From NCBI GenBank assembly GCA_003344405.1, contig NOWV01000003.1, positions 248,001 to 312,000 of the forward strand: 64,000 nucleotides of DNA, written 5' to 3'. The notes beneath the pieces are model-generated. The model was given only the letters and a program-made list of their open reading frames with translations, made no database searches and was not told the origin of the DNA. The position numbers and the translations under genes are program-made. Below, in pieces: positions 45,385 to 60,200 of this stretch; position 1 is the first letter of the stretch; the number at the start of each line of letters is the position of its first letter. This DNA is from Trichoplax sp. H2 (Eukaryota).

Positions 45385-46565
45385 TGGTACTGTTACTGTT
45401 CAGTCTATTACTAGAGGCTATGTACTGTGCTGTACAGTACTGTACTGTACTGTACCTTGTAATTACCGTACAGTACTGTACAGTACGATATAGTAAAGTC
45501 TCAGTACATTGTACTGTATCGTATTTCGCGTGTTGAATGGAGCGATTGAGTTTGCTCAGAAGTAGTTCTGTTATCAAAACAAGATGGCTTCCGATGCTTA
45601 CTTAAAATGACGATAGGCCACTGGGGAATAATAAAATTTCGTTTAAATTTAGGCCATTTAGTCCATTTGAGGATAGTCTAAACTGTAGTGATGATGCATT
45701 TTGAAAATCTTAGCAAAGCTATTTTTCGATATGGTCTACTGTACACTGTACAGTACTTAGTCTGGTCTGCAGAATACTGTACACTGTACGGCAGGTACTG
45801 TAGGATTAAAAAATGATTGTACAGTACACAGTACTGTGCATGATGTACTGTACAGTACACTACTGTAAGTTGAACATTGTACTGTAAGCTCAGCACAATT
45901 TTCGCTCACAGTACAGTACAGTGTACAGTAGACCATACGAGAATAGCAAAAGTTGTTTAAATCAGACCTTCAATAGTTCATACGGTATACTGTACTGTAG
46001 TCGTTCCGTTCTGTAGTGTTTACGTACTGTACTTAACATTGCGCAACATGCTCTTTATCATTGGGAATGTACACTGTACTGTACTGTACAGTACTGTACT
46101 AGCTAATTCTGTACTTCTTTCCCCAGGGTACAGTATTATTACGACACTGGTAAAGTGCTATACTGTACAGTACTGTACGTACTGTACTGTACATTAGTTA
46201 GAAGTCCATTGTACTGTACTGTACTAAAAAAGAAAGAGACGGGATAGTGTCCAGTACAGTACGATTTCATTAATATCATACTGTACATAAATATACTGTA
46301 TGTCATATATAAATTGATTTTTTTCCATTTTTTATTACGATATTTGAATTTTTAAACATTTAAGCTATCAAATAATACCAAATTGGACTAATAAAATTTA
46401 AAATTATAATTTCAATCACCGGGAAAGACTTATGAGACACTTTAGACTGTAGTGTACAGTACTGTACACTGTACAGTACAACATGGTGAATACAGTACAG
46501 TACTTGTCTGCCCCGGTTACTCCTTGCAATTTACTGTACTATACTGTAGTGTATAGTACTGTACT
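45385..46565. repeat. ACAGT pentamer arrays across the tetraspanin-EIF3I divergent promoter
   Basis: Several dense tracts separated by an array-free AT-rich stretch at about 46300-46440. Confidence 0.85.
45718..45947. mobile_element. MITE-like 230-bp inverted-repeat element filled with ACAGT arrays
   Basis: Perfect 22-bp inverted repeat TATGGTCTACTGTACACTGTAC (45730-45751 / 45916-45937), extending imperfectly outward to GCTATT...AATAGC. Confidence 0.4.
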
Positions 46566-46694
46566 CCGCAAAATCCAAGGGTTACTCTTCGCTAACCGCT
46601 AGACGACAATCTTCAAAGCTCTTTCTTAAATCAGTTAATGAGCAGTGCGTAATTTCAAAGAGTAGACACGTGCAGACAACTTTTCGATAAGAAC

Positions 46695-48610
46695 ATGGTA
46701 AGTTGAACCAATAGAATAAATGTTTAATACTTCTTAGTTACAGTGCTACACCACCAGCTAGAGTTGACTGAAATTATGCTTAAAAGTTCGAATTCGTAAT
46801 TATACTTGAAAGAGTCCACACTAATATAAATTGCATCTTCATTTTAGAGACCGATTCTCCTTCATGGGCACGAACGTGCTATTACTCAAATTAGATATAA
46901 TAGAGAAGGAGATCTCTTATTCTCCGCAGGGAAAGACCATTCTCCATCAGTCTGGTATTCTGATAACGGGGAAAGATTAGGAACGTACGATGGACACAGT
47001 GGTGTAGTTTGGTGTATAAACAGTAATTGTATCCTTCTGTGTAATTTGTACTATGAATAATTTGCAACAAATTCGAAGCAAATATTCCACCACCTAGAAA
47101 GGATCTGCTATAGTTTCATACTCAAGCTGTTGAATATAGTATGTTTTCTACAAGCGTATTATATAACACATTGGTTAATCTTCCTTAATAAGAATTGATT
47201 GTAGGGGACTCAACAAAAGTCGTGACGGGCTCTGGTGATAACTCATATATAATTTGGGATTGTGAAACTGGCAAACAGTTGCATAGAATTGACACCAGGG
47301 CAGCCGTTAGATCTTGCGGCTTTTCGTACAGTGGACGAGCTCTTCTAATAACCACTGATCAGCAGCGCGGTTATGAATCTGAAATATTACTCTTTGGTTT
47401 AGATGACCCCGCTCAAATAAGTAATATTATTACTGTTTAAAATATTAACGAAAGATACTTCTGACATCTGTTCTGCGTATAATATTACATTTTTTATTCA
47501 ATTCTAAATCTAAGACGACGGTGAACCTTACCTGAGAATTCCAATCTCAAAAGATAATGCCAAGATAACAACAGCTGTCTGGGGTAAATTAGACCGGTAC
47601 TTAATTGTTGGTCATGAAAATGGCGAGGTCTCTCAATTTGATGCCACCGTAAGCTCGCCCGAAAACTCTAATTTTTAAATAGTTAAATAGTTATCACTTA
47701 ATCTACGATATATTATCATAACAAATAATAGCATAGATCCAATTTATTATATTATCATTCTTTTACTTGGCACTAGACTGGCGAAAAATTGCACAGTGTC
47801 ACGGAGCACAGAAAAGCAATTTCTGATATAAATATGTACAAAGATCAATCCATGTTTGTTACTGCTTCGAAGGACAGTACCGCTAAGGTAGATTTGCTAT
47901 ATTATTTTAACTCTGACATCAATGGAATTTAAGGAGCATAGGATCATTACTTTATTACTAATTGTGATTTGAATTTCTTCATGATAGCTATTTGATGCTG
48001 ATGATCTGACCTTGCTAAAAACTTACAAAACTGAACGCCCTGTAAATTCGGCTGCTCTGTCATCATTGAAAGATCACGTAAGGAAACGTTACTGCAAGTT
48101 ACGGAATCCAAAGATCGCGACATAACCTATTTCATTACGTTGTATAGGTGGTTCTTGGAGGTGGTCAAGAAGCTATTGACGTAACTACAACTGCAGCGCA
48201 GGCTGGTAAATTCGACGCCCGCTTTTATCATGTAGTCTTTGAGGAGGAAATAGGCCGAGTAAAAGGTCATTTTGGTCCTATCAATAGCGTTAGATTTCAC
48301 CCTGATGGAAAAAGGTAGTAATCAAATAATTATAATAGCCTCAAGTTCTGTATGTTGTCAAATTTTAATAGCAAATTAATGCTTTTGAGTAATTTGAAAC
48401 TCAACATGAAAAGTAATTATATTTAATGTTAGCAAACCTATTCGATGTAATTTAAATCACACGCGGTTAATGTATGGTAGCTGAATTTATATGATTTCAA
48501 AAATTCTTTATTTTTCTTTCTAATGCAGCTATAGCAGTGGAGGAGAAGATGGCTATGTAAGAGTTCACCAGTTCGATCAATCATATTTTGACTTCGAATT
48601 TGAATACTAA
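46695..48610 (+). CDS. EIF3I: Eukaryotic translation initiation factor 3 subunit I (WD40); the first coding exon is the ATG only
   Basis: [83 protein letters not shown]. Stop at 48608-48610. Confidence 0.97.
47029..47204 (+). other. U12-type (minor spliceosome) GT-AG intron in EIF3I
   Basis: 5' site GTATCCTT and branch site TTCCTTAAT at 47181-47189, close to the AG. Splicing restores N-W-D-S-T-K. Confidence 0.85.
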
Positions 48611-49099
48611 ACCAAAATAAACGTGTTTAACCTCACTAGCTAGTCCTTCTAATTTCGCACGAGAAGCTTGGGTGTAGATTGAAACTAGCAAATTCTATAA
48701 GAACACTATTAACGTCAGACTTTGATCTAAAAAATATCAGTAGATGCCGACTTCCCCTTTAATAACTGCTCTTACCAAGCATTAGTAGAATATTTGGATG
48801 TCCTAGTAGTCCTTCTTACGTATTGCAAATACAAGAATAGAAAAATATAAGCAGAATCTACTGTATCTAAAGTGCGAATTTATTTAAGCATTGGCACTAC
48901 TATAACCACACCCTCCTATAACATCCAGCTTATATTATTATAATTGATATAATAACTACTCCGTAACCATTATCGTTGGCTCTCTTTTATACACTGATAA
49001 TATATGCAGTTTCCTTCAATTTTCCTTTATTTTTCTTTAAATGACCCAATGCAGCGTGTTTTTTCGTCTACTATAAAGTCCGAGGATGACTTGCGTTCC

Positions 49100-49170
49100 G
49101 TTAGGGTTAGGTACGAAGTCGGGGAGGGTTTAGGGCTTAGTTTCAGTCAGGGCATTAGTGCTAGTTTTGG
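49100..49170 (+). repeat. Degenerate TTAGGG-like interstitial tract
   Basis: GTTAGGGTTAGG...GGGTTTAGGGCTTAGT...CAGGGCATTAGT with loose 6-bp periodicity. Confidence 0.45.
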
Positions 49171-51279
49171 CATGAGAGGCCATTTGTATTTTCTACATGA
49201 CCAGTAACAGTAGTTATAAACTTACACATGTTCTTGAGCTATTACTACAGTTCTTGCAGTGATTCGCGCATTCGAATTAAATTACCCATACTATACCCGG
49301 CCACCTGCCCCTATATAGGTTTGACTTAAATACTATCAAAGAAGCAATTTTAAACGTTACCAGTAGTACCATGCCTGCATAGTACTAATCTTGATCAGTT
49401 ACTGGACTGTATGATGCACATTATCAAGGGAAATTGTGATAGGATTATGATGTTCCTCCTTTTACTGGATCATCATGTATTTTCATAGTTCATCATAATG
49501 CCAAGAGATGTTCTTCCTTTTATATGTAGTTAATTTATTTAAACTATTTTTCTATAATATTAATTTTACCATTAAATATCTCATACAAGGCAAATTTGTA
49601 CTTAGTCACACAATGTAAAAGATACCATACTTTTCATATTGCATGATAAACTTGTACTCGTAGAATAAAACATAAAAATCCATACTGACTCTATTGTTAC
49701 TGGGCAATTACTAGGAGTTACCAGTATACTCGTGTAACTCCTTCACATGAATATCTTAATAAATACTTACATATATAATTAATATACATTATTTATAGGC
49801 GCGGAACCGACCTTATACGGTTTAATAAACTGAAATACAATAATTTATAGCTGGTATCACTTCATAATAACCTGATCTATATGCATTACTTAAAGATACA
49901 ATAAATCTGTTCGTATGAATATTTAATAGTTATGTTCGCAAACTATTTGCAGAATAGATATAATACGATAGAGATGAAATGAAATATCTGAACTAATTAG
50001 GAAAATATTTTATGCCGTACCGATTTAAAGTGATATCAAGAATTAAATAAACGACCATTATTCATAGCTTCTGTAGATACTTACGGTATATTATTTAAAT
50101 AATAGCGTTTGCCAACACAAAGAAAGATTTCTTAATTCAGGAATTAAAGATGAAGGTAGCATTCTCTGTACTAGCAACGAAATCGTGATAGAAACTTTTT
50201 ACTTAGTGACTTTTACTGCACACATATTACAATTTGTATGATGATCCAATAACGTATAATGTATAGTACTTAAGTAAAGTAGAAAATTTTGTTCTTGATA
50301 TACGTATACGCGCATTATAATAAAACTGCCCTAGTTAAATAGCTCGGTGTTCTATTGGTCATCCAGCAACAATCATTTCGTTCTCATTCATCTTCCACCA
50401 ATCCACATTCTTCTAATTATGATATGTGTATATTACGACTGATAAGAGAAGCAATCTAAACAATTAATGTCAATTTCCTATTATTATTGAGTATTGTCAA
50501 AATTTACTATAGCAATACCTATACACCAAAAGTATAATAACTATTTATTTACCAGTGGAATCGATTTCACATATGCCTTAAGTGCATTAACTTCCAAAAG
50601 AGAATGATAACAATTCCTACTATCAAACCATATTCAAGCATTTTCTTCAATTTGATCTATCCATAATCATAACATATTGCTACGTACCAATCTTTCTAAA
50701 AGCACAAAGTATTTATGCTTGATACGTTTTGTATCATTAACGGTCTCCTGTAACGAAATTACCTTGACGGATCAGACACTACACTCTAATTGAACCTATC
50801 ATTCATTATCAATCAATTTATATCATGTCCTCTTCCAGTTGCGTATAATTTCATGCTACTTTACGTTGCTTCAGAATGAATTTGCTAGATATAAATGGCG
50901 TCTGCCTCAAGATTTAACTGTTAATCGGGTTATTTTCACAAGCTTAACGGTAAATACGACGAATGCATCTAACCTTACGCCTATTTTTCATCAAAGAATT
51001 TTCGATCGTATATTACTCTTGGATGTTTGATTGCATTTTCATCCTGATTTTCTTTAATTTCCATCTATGGATTCTACTCAGCCAATCAGAATCATAATCA
51101 ACGTTTACTAAAATCCTAAATTTTCAATGCAGTTTTTCTTTACTTGGTCGATACGGTAATAGTTTTGACTCCTAAATAGCGATTTTGCGAAGAGAACAAA
51201 GAGAAAAGAAATATTCCGTATAGTTAATATAATTTAAAAGTTTGTATTCAGCGCTTTTATTATAATCGATTTGTCAACG

Positions 51280-54200
51280 ATGCTGATCAAAGAATATAGA
51301 ATTCCTTTGCCGCTTAGTGTCGAGGAATATCGTACAGCCCAACTTTATATGATTCAGGTAAATATCATAGCCTTATTTATCTCTTAGTATACTGTATAAT
51401 CTTAAGTTAAGGATTGCAACAACTGTTTAGTTTTATTTAATTTCTCTTCAATCATGAACGTAATTGATACACACGTAGGCTAATAAAAGTAAAGAAGTCG
51501 TCCTAAAGCGAGATATCAGTTTCATTTACACGTTCAGTGATTTTAAATGTTTCGAGATTAAAATTCCCAGAGGCCCTACTTCTCGTTCAGATATTTCATT
51601 ATTCAATTAATGCTAATACCTTCGCCTTAGCGAATTTATTTATTTCATGGTTATAATAACTATAACAAATAAATGAAAAATTTTATGAAACTACAGATGG
51701 AATCCTGTTAAATCTTTTTAACGGTGCTAATTTTGTAGCCAAAAATGTATGGATCGACGTTTAACTTCTATACGACTTATTTATCAGTCAGGTACAAAGA
51801 TTAATTCTATTAGTAAATGACGTAACAACTAGGTACTATAATGTAGAAAATAGTAGGACAACTAAGATTTTGAGATAATACAGGAATTAATAATCTTATT
51901 ACAGAGGAAATCAAGCTAAATCGTACAAGAATTAGTCTACTTTAAGATCCATTATTGATTCTATCTAGTTTTGTATCCACTCCTATGACAATATTCTGTC
52001 AACACAAAAATTTACCATAGCATGTTTCCCAAGCTTTAGCACACGTTAGCAACTATTATGACTGCCGTAAAATTTTCTATTCCTTATTGAATGAATCTTA
52101 CGTAAGATATCACAGTACTCGAAATTTAACTTATCAACTAGGTTAATTTAATAATTACAGGATTTAAACCACGTTTCTGGAATTAGTAGTTTCGGAATTG
52201 ATTAGGGTCTAATTAAACAATTAAAAAGAAGTGTACAAAATTAGGAATAATCATTCTTCATCGTATTGCATATCATTTTCCAGTACTAATCAGATTAAAA
52301 GGGTAATAAATTAAGATATCTTTATTGTAGATCAGTGACTGTCAGAGGAGATAAAGAATGAACTAAATACAGATCTGTGTCTCGCTATATAAAAGATATG
52401 TTATTACGTTGCTCTTTCTTACATTTCATTTACCTTAAGGTACCTTACTAGTTCTTGATTCTGTATAGGTACCCGTATTAGCAGATTTACAAAATGAAGT
52501 TACTACAAATATGATTGCGTAGCATTTTTAAAAAATTTTCCAACCCATACATCTAAAATATTTAATTCCAAAAAAGCTTTATCATCAACAAATTAAAAAA
52601 TATAATACGCCTGTATTCCATCGCGCATTGCTGACACTGAAGATATTTAATGTAGATGTACAGTAATACGGTACGGAATTTATGAAGATACAAGCACGGA
52701 TCTTGCCTTTATGAGCGTCATTTACCTATCATACTCTCTTCCTAAACGAACCTGTTACCTTTTAATAGGTTTACGAAGTATTATGAGTAACTGCTTAACA
52801 ATTAAACTTATGATTAGCATTTAACCCGTTGAAATAGGTGTATACTAGGAGAGCAGCCAGTTTGATATGAGTCACTGTAATCAATTGATTAGCATTAATG
52901 AAAGCAGATTGTGTTCATATTAAAAAAGATGTAGCTATTTGGAATTTTATGAGAACACGGCGGCAGGATTACTAGCAATTATAAAATGCAAATACTCTTA
53001 AACCTTTATTATAATTTTCTATTTGTAACTTTACCCTTATTTCAGTTACGACTCATATACTAACCTACCTTTCATTATCAAGCCTGTTCAATCGCATTAC
53101 TGAAAAATTATTGATATATATATACACTTGCTAAAAGAGATCAACATTTTTTACTCCGCCAAAGCTTGTATCGTATTCATCCACATTTATGCATATATCA
53201 TATTATAATAATATTAAACCTAATTTGTTATATGTAAAACAAACGGTAAAAATTTTATCTAAGTCACAGAATAGTGAATTATCATTACGAAGATTAAGAA
53301 AGTTAAAATTCATACCTTGACCTGAAAAATAAATGCTGATTACAAAGAAATGTAATGATTAAGTGTGTAGGTTAGTAAAATTTTGATCGAATAAGAGTAC
53401 TGGAGCAGAAAAAATACGTAGTAGAACTTACACTTAGCATTTAGTCAAGCTTAGATAGCGTTCAATTTTAAGGACAATATGAATAAACTGCGTGCAATAC
53501 CATACCATAACCACCATAAAACATAAAAATTTAGATTATAATGTTACCAAAATAAAAGGAAATAATCATTCAAAAATCAATTAATTCTAAAGATCGATAA
53601 AAATAAGAAAACATGCCTACCTTAAGCCGAAATATGCCGTCATAATCATATAAACAATAGCTTAAAGATTGACGTGATGTCGAATGATTTCTTTTCTATA
53701 TTCAAATAAAGTTTTGTTTATCTTATTTTTATGAAAGCATTATGTTCATCGTTGTTACAGTACCGTCGTACTTAATCCTATTAACAGAATGGAACAGGGT
53801 CTTGTATCTATCCTTTGTAAGTTTTAGATGAATAGCCTGGCACGACAAAAATATACCAGTAAACTACACGATAAAATCCAAAAGAGGCGATATCCTATAA
53901 TAAACAAGAAATAGCATGTCGTATTGACTTTCCTAATAGAGACGATGTTAATTTGCCGTTAAATAAGATTAAAAATAATCGTTGAAAGCTGTCATGAAAT
54001 TACTTAATTTTCATTTAATATTATTTTGATATTAAAAATCAAGATAAAAAGTGAAATGAAAATAGCTAAACTAATTTCTGCAAAAATATGTTGTAGTTAT
54101 TATAATAAAATCAATATATAATGCACTTATAGCTAGGTAGATGAACTATTGTAACTCATTTTTACAACGCTACTTCTTATAAATATATAAAGATACTGCT

Positions 54201-57200
54201 ATGTAGAATTTTAATTTTATTTTTTCTTAATAAGTTTTCGATAGCAGACTTCGAATTTATATTAAAATAACGGGATTTATAAAAGATAAAATGTTCATCT
54301 TTAACACATCATTATAACAAATTCACTGATAGCCATAAAAACATACCCTCTCATATCGCGAATACCTCGGGAAATGAAGCCTGAATAAAATTATACTATT
54401 AATAGAATTCATCAATTCATTAATTCCTAGGGTTCAAATGTTCGTATATCCTATCTATGTAATAACTTGGCATAGTAAAAATTGTTTTTTAAGCCAATTA
54501 AACATATAGTTCGCATATCGTATAACACAATTTTTTAGTGACAATACATAAATACAGCTGGTGATAAAATCGGTTAGTTACAAATAAGATATTATGAAAG
54601 CGTAAATATTACTATAAAGCACTGGTATCTGCTCATTGATTCACAGTAGCTAGTGTATCCTGGATGGAAGTATGGTATTTAAAATAACTCCATAATTTCC
54701 TTTTACCACTCTAGTAAATTTTTTGGTCTATTTTAAGGCTAGTTTCAGTAAGATCTGGAACTAGNNNNNNNNNNNNNNNNNNNNGTATTTATAGGTTTTA
54801 GATGGGATTGAGATAATGTCTTTATATGTATAGCATGTCGTCTATATGTGGTCATGATGTCGTACATTATGAATGTAATACAATACAGTACTTAAACGGT
54901 ATATGATAAGTATTCGTATATTAGGATATTACTATACTAGGCATCTTCTATATAAGATCATAATGTTACATAAAGCACTGGTATCTGCTCATTGATTCAC
55001 AGTAGCTAGTGTATCCTGGATGGAAGTATGGTATTTAAAATAACTCCATAATTTCCTTTTACCACTCCAGTAAATTTTTTGGTCTATTTTAAGGCTAGTT
55101 TCAGTAAGATCTGGAACTAGCAGCAGTTTATCATCTTCTGCTAAGGCTCGGTGAAAACTGGATTAACAATTTGGCAAAAAATAAATGGTTTAATCTATAA
55201 ATTCCATAGTTATTTTGGGGATGATTTCACCATTTTCTAAACAAAAATAAAAAATTAAAAAACTTTACAAAAATGCTTCATACGCCATTAAACAGTAGTT
55301 TAATTCGATTTAATCTTATAAAATTTTAATCATCTTAGTATCACAATTATCGAAATACTTGTATGAAAAAGCAATATACGAGAAAGAAGGTCATTATAAC
55401 AATTAATACTTGCATTAATTATTATTTTAAAATGTTAGTAAACGAAAATGAAATGTACCATCATGTTAATTACAATTTTCAAATAATTTATGCCTTGGAT
55501 GATTTCCTGATACTTTTACTAAGGCTTAATTATGGCTTATTATTAATCTATTCTACGAATAAGTAAAAGAATTTTGATTAAAACTGATCTTGATTCTGAT
55601 GTGATTAGTAATACCTAAAACCAAAATTTTATTTGTAGCTTTCCCAATAATTCCAGGTTTTACAACTTATAAAGGCAATACTAAATTATTTTCGATAAAT
55701 ATAGAAGTGCAACAAGCTTATACTGTGATCTGTTATCTCTTGAACCAATTAGATTATAATTAACATTTTCCTTTGTGGTATTATATTTTCATAAAAGAAA
55801 AAAAGTAGATTAGAAAGTAAGGATAAAAGCGACGGTGTTGAAATTATTGAAAATCGTCCATATGAAAATGGACAATATACAAAGAAAATTTATCACATTG
55901 GAAGCCATTTGCCTGCTTGGCTGAAGGCTATACTACCGAAGTCAGCTTTAAACGTTGAAGAAGAAGCTTGGAACGCATATCCTTATACTAGGACACGATA
56001 CAAATGCCCTTTTGTTGAAAAACTGATTTTGGACATTGAAACTATTTATACCGATGATCATGGTACACAGGTAGAATCATAACTTAAACAAAACTCTAAG
56101 TTTTCTGATATTCTATAGCTTAAAAATGTCTAAAAGTTTCATCTAAATGAGATGTTGAGTTTTGTAAGCGTACTAGGTTAGTATCCATTTAGCGATAGTA
56201 TGAATAGCCTTTCTATTACTGGATGTCATAAACAATTTCTTATATTTATATTCAAATTATGACCATCTTTCATATCAACTTATTAGATATCACCGAGAAT
56301 ATTAGTTTCCCTTGCATTGATAATCATTATACATAAGCGATATTCATTGTAAGATAATGTGAGATAGTAAGACTCGATTTATTTAAATATTACCTATGAC
56401 ATCAGATAAATTCATATGGTAATTTCAGATACCAAATACATATATGTCTACTAGACTGATAATATCCTTTGTACGGTATTTTGAAGGGGTGTAGAATATG
56501 CAGTACCTACGTTTATCATTATTTAATCTTAAGAAAGTTTTACAGTTCTACTGACCCAGTTATTTTTGAATCCATGCGAACAATTAGCAGAAATACGGAC
56601 ATAGTTTTATATTAATATGAATAAAGTCTATCGAGACACTGGGTAACCTTATTTTAATAAATTCTATAAAATAGTCTAGTTTTATTAGGTTGCCGATTCT
56701 AAAATGTAAGGCATCTGGTTAGATAGTAACGCAAATCCTTTTGATAACTTGAATGTAATACATTCTCATCAGCAGTAACAATTAGGATCTTAATTTAAAG
56801 AAATTTAGTAATATGCGTGATTGTTCATATACTACTGAATAGATCAGTCAGTAACAATTCCAGATTGGTCAATTTGCATGTTTACAGAAAAATTGTTATA
56901 TTCTAACTTCAGCTAGATTTTAATTTCATTGCGCAAGTGTAAATATGAATGATCTTGAGCATTTTATTTCCTACTCGTGAAGAGTATATCTTTATATACT
57001 GTCCTCTTGATGATAAGACTCAAATATCCCTTGTAAATAAAGCCCAGCTTTAAATATATGCATATTAAAACAGATAGTATTAACGCCATGCCATTAAGAC
57101 GTATAGAATATCTCAGCTGTATGCACATATGTTATTTATCTAAAGAACTCGTCTACCGACTAGAAACCCGTTATTATAATATAATTAGTGGCAACTTTCA

Positions 57201-60200
57201 TATACGCAATACGTGTATACAATACCTGATTATAATAATCAAAAAATTTTACGAAAATACGGTTGCATACGATATCTGTACTTGTAATTATCGTGATACG
57301 ATATTAGCTCTTGGTACAACAATGCATCACTAAAGAAGAGAACAAGAAATATATCACAAGATGCTCAGTTGGACAAGCAAAAAATTTACAAAACAAGTAA
57401 AATGCTATTTTTTTGATTGAAGGACAACGTATTTAAATTATCAGAAACTGAACTGAGAGCTAGAATCATAGGTATGCCATAGTATGATATGACGCGTATT
57501 AAGTAGAATATTTCAAAAACCTTAATAGCAGAAGAGAGACTACAGAAACATTATTTATGCATGTGAATGCGCTTGGCTGCATAATTTAATATAATGTATA
57601 ATGCTGTTAATAATTATACCTCAATAATCCTAAATATGTAGATATAAATATGTGGTATATTGCATGAATAATTTGTCATTTGATTATTTTGATCGCTTAA
57701 ACTGCTTTATGCTACCGGTAAATTGGCTATTTTACGTAGTTAAGTGAAAAGTACTAGTAAAGATTAGTTATAGTGAAAATAGAATATTCGTAACTAATAC
57801 GTTATAAGTGATAAATTACTACTACAAACTATGTCTTGCTTTATTATTAACTATTAGTGTGAATGCAATTATTTTATTGAACTAATCATTCTATTAACAG
57901 ATCATGTTGATGTGGTTTGTGATAAAGTACCTAATAGTGAATATAAGGCAGAAGAAGATCCTAAGTTATATCAATCGACTAAAACAGGTCGCGGGCCGCT
58001 TAAAGAAGATTGGCTACAGAGTTATGAGCCACAATATGCTGGAAAGGCCTGTTCATCATCAGTTATGTGTGCGTACAAATTATGCCGAGTTGAGTTTCGT
58101 TACTGGGGCATGCAGACTAAAATCGAATGGTTTATACACAACACTGCAATTCGTAAAACCTTAGTTCGAGCACATCGCCAAGCTTGGTGTTGGCAAGATG
58201 AATGGTTTGGCTTAACTATTCAGGATATTAGAAAGCTAGAAGAAGAAACTAAGCTATTATTATCTAGTAAATTAATTGGACAATCACCAAATTTAAGCGA
58301 TCAGGCACAGCTAGACATCAACGATCGAGATCAACATCCTTTAACATCGGTTAAAGGTAAAAACGACTTAAAAAACCTGTACCAGCCAGGATCTACAGAA
58401 GTCACGACCACTAAAGCAGATATATTCTACCAAAATCAGCCTCCTCCAAGTAATAGTACACCGAAAAGTAAAAATATCTCAACAAATAAAGCTGATGAAG
58501 AGATTAACGGCAAAAATACGTTAATTCCTGCAGATGAAGAGAATGTCTTGGGGAATATTCCAACGAGATCCAGTATAGCAGCCCTAGGAACCACTGCAGG
58601 TTAGTCTGACATGATGTACCGTTTAATTCGGAGTGATATAAATATCTTTAATATCGTTTTTGCAAAAGAGATTAGATCCTTACCATTGCAATTGTTAAGG
58701 ATAGTAATGAAGTGAATAAAATGAAAATGATTAAAATACTGGTATCATAACTATTAGTAGCTAAATAGATAATTATAACTATTTGATTTTAGCAAGAACA
58801 CTAGGTGAAGAAGGACAGAGTAGTCCATATTTACCCGTTAGTCGTCAATCTATCCGATATGAGACTAACAGTACTCTAGCTGCTACTGTGCAGGTTCTTA
58901 AGGATTGGCGATTAAATAATATTATGCAAGATACAGATGACTCTGAAGAAGAATATTTTGATGCGCAAGGTACCGTAACGCTAATGATTAGTAACAGTAC
59001 AGTAGTATTAACACGGTAAATTAACTTTACTGTTCCTTATTATATAAAATACTATTTTACTAGATAATATTGCCGATCACGATGCTATGGATGAGATTAG
59101 ACTATCCCAAATGAAAAGTTTAATCTCTTTAGCATCGATTGAATCAGATGAAGAAGATACTACTGGATCATTTACTCGTGACTCAAGTCAAGAAACCATC
59201 GCCCAAGAATTTTATTCCCCAAACAAATCTATAAGTGCTAAGTCTATCAAGTAAATTACATATTTGAATCACCGATGTAATAAAGTAGGATCGATGAAAT
59301 TAATATAATCAATAGTAAATCGATATTTACTAAATTTAGATAGCATTTACTTATTAAAACATGTTACGTGGATGGCAACTTGAGATATAAACTAATTTAC
59401 ATTTCCCAATCTGATTTTCATTATATTATAACAGACAATCGCAAGTCAATGATTATACTGCTTCGAATACTACATCTTCGTCAAGTTTCTCTTCTGAAGG
59501 GCCAACATCATGTCTTTATAAGACACTTGTATTGGTAATTCACGGAGGTAATAGAGTATAGCTCATTTTTTGACAAACTGTAGCCTTTATTGGAACTGTA
59601 AAATTGCCCTTACGGCGATAACATAAAGGGTAACGGTGAAATTGTATGACTAATTGAGAGTGTACTTAATGAAAGTGTTAAATAATTATAAATTTTTCTT
59701 TTTATGGTTCAGGGTGCTTATTGGATTCTAGACTAGATTACGGTTCACAACAGTCCGATTATCAAACGTTTGAAGTTACGTTTAATTCAATAATTAGATC
59801 CCATTATCCATTTGCTGAAGATAGTATTGCCACTAGGCTAGTTCCGTGCCCACCAATATGTGCTTCAGCTCTTTCAATGCTAGCTGCTACAGAAACTCTC
59901 TGCAATCGGATGCGTAAACCTTCAGAAGCGAATGCTGCAGCCGTGAATTTTAGCGGAAGTGGCTTATTATTTTTAGAAAAAGGTTAGTATGACTATTCCT
60001 TCCTCAATTTTTTAGACTGTATTTATAAAATCATCTTTACCTCGCTGGTACCATCGAATTTTTAGCTATTTTAAAAATTATCGCGAGAGTGACCACCTTT
60101 ATGATCCTTATAAATCTGTTACCCTATTCTATTAGGAACGCTCATCTTAGAATATTCTTATTTCTTCGGATACTATTGAATTTATGTTTCATAGTTAAGA

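Noticed and set aside
54614..55120. 151-bp direct repeat as an LTR pair or real duplication
   Set aside because: The first copy ends exactly at an N gap and the copies are near-identical, so an assembly or haplotype artefact is most likely.
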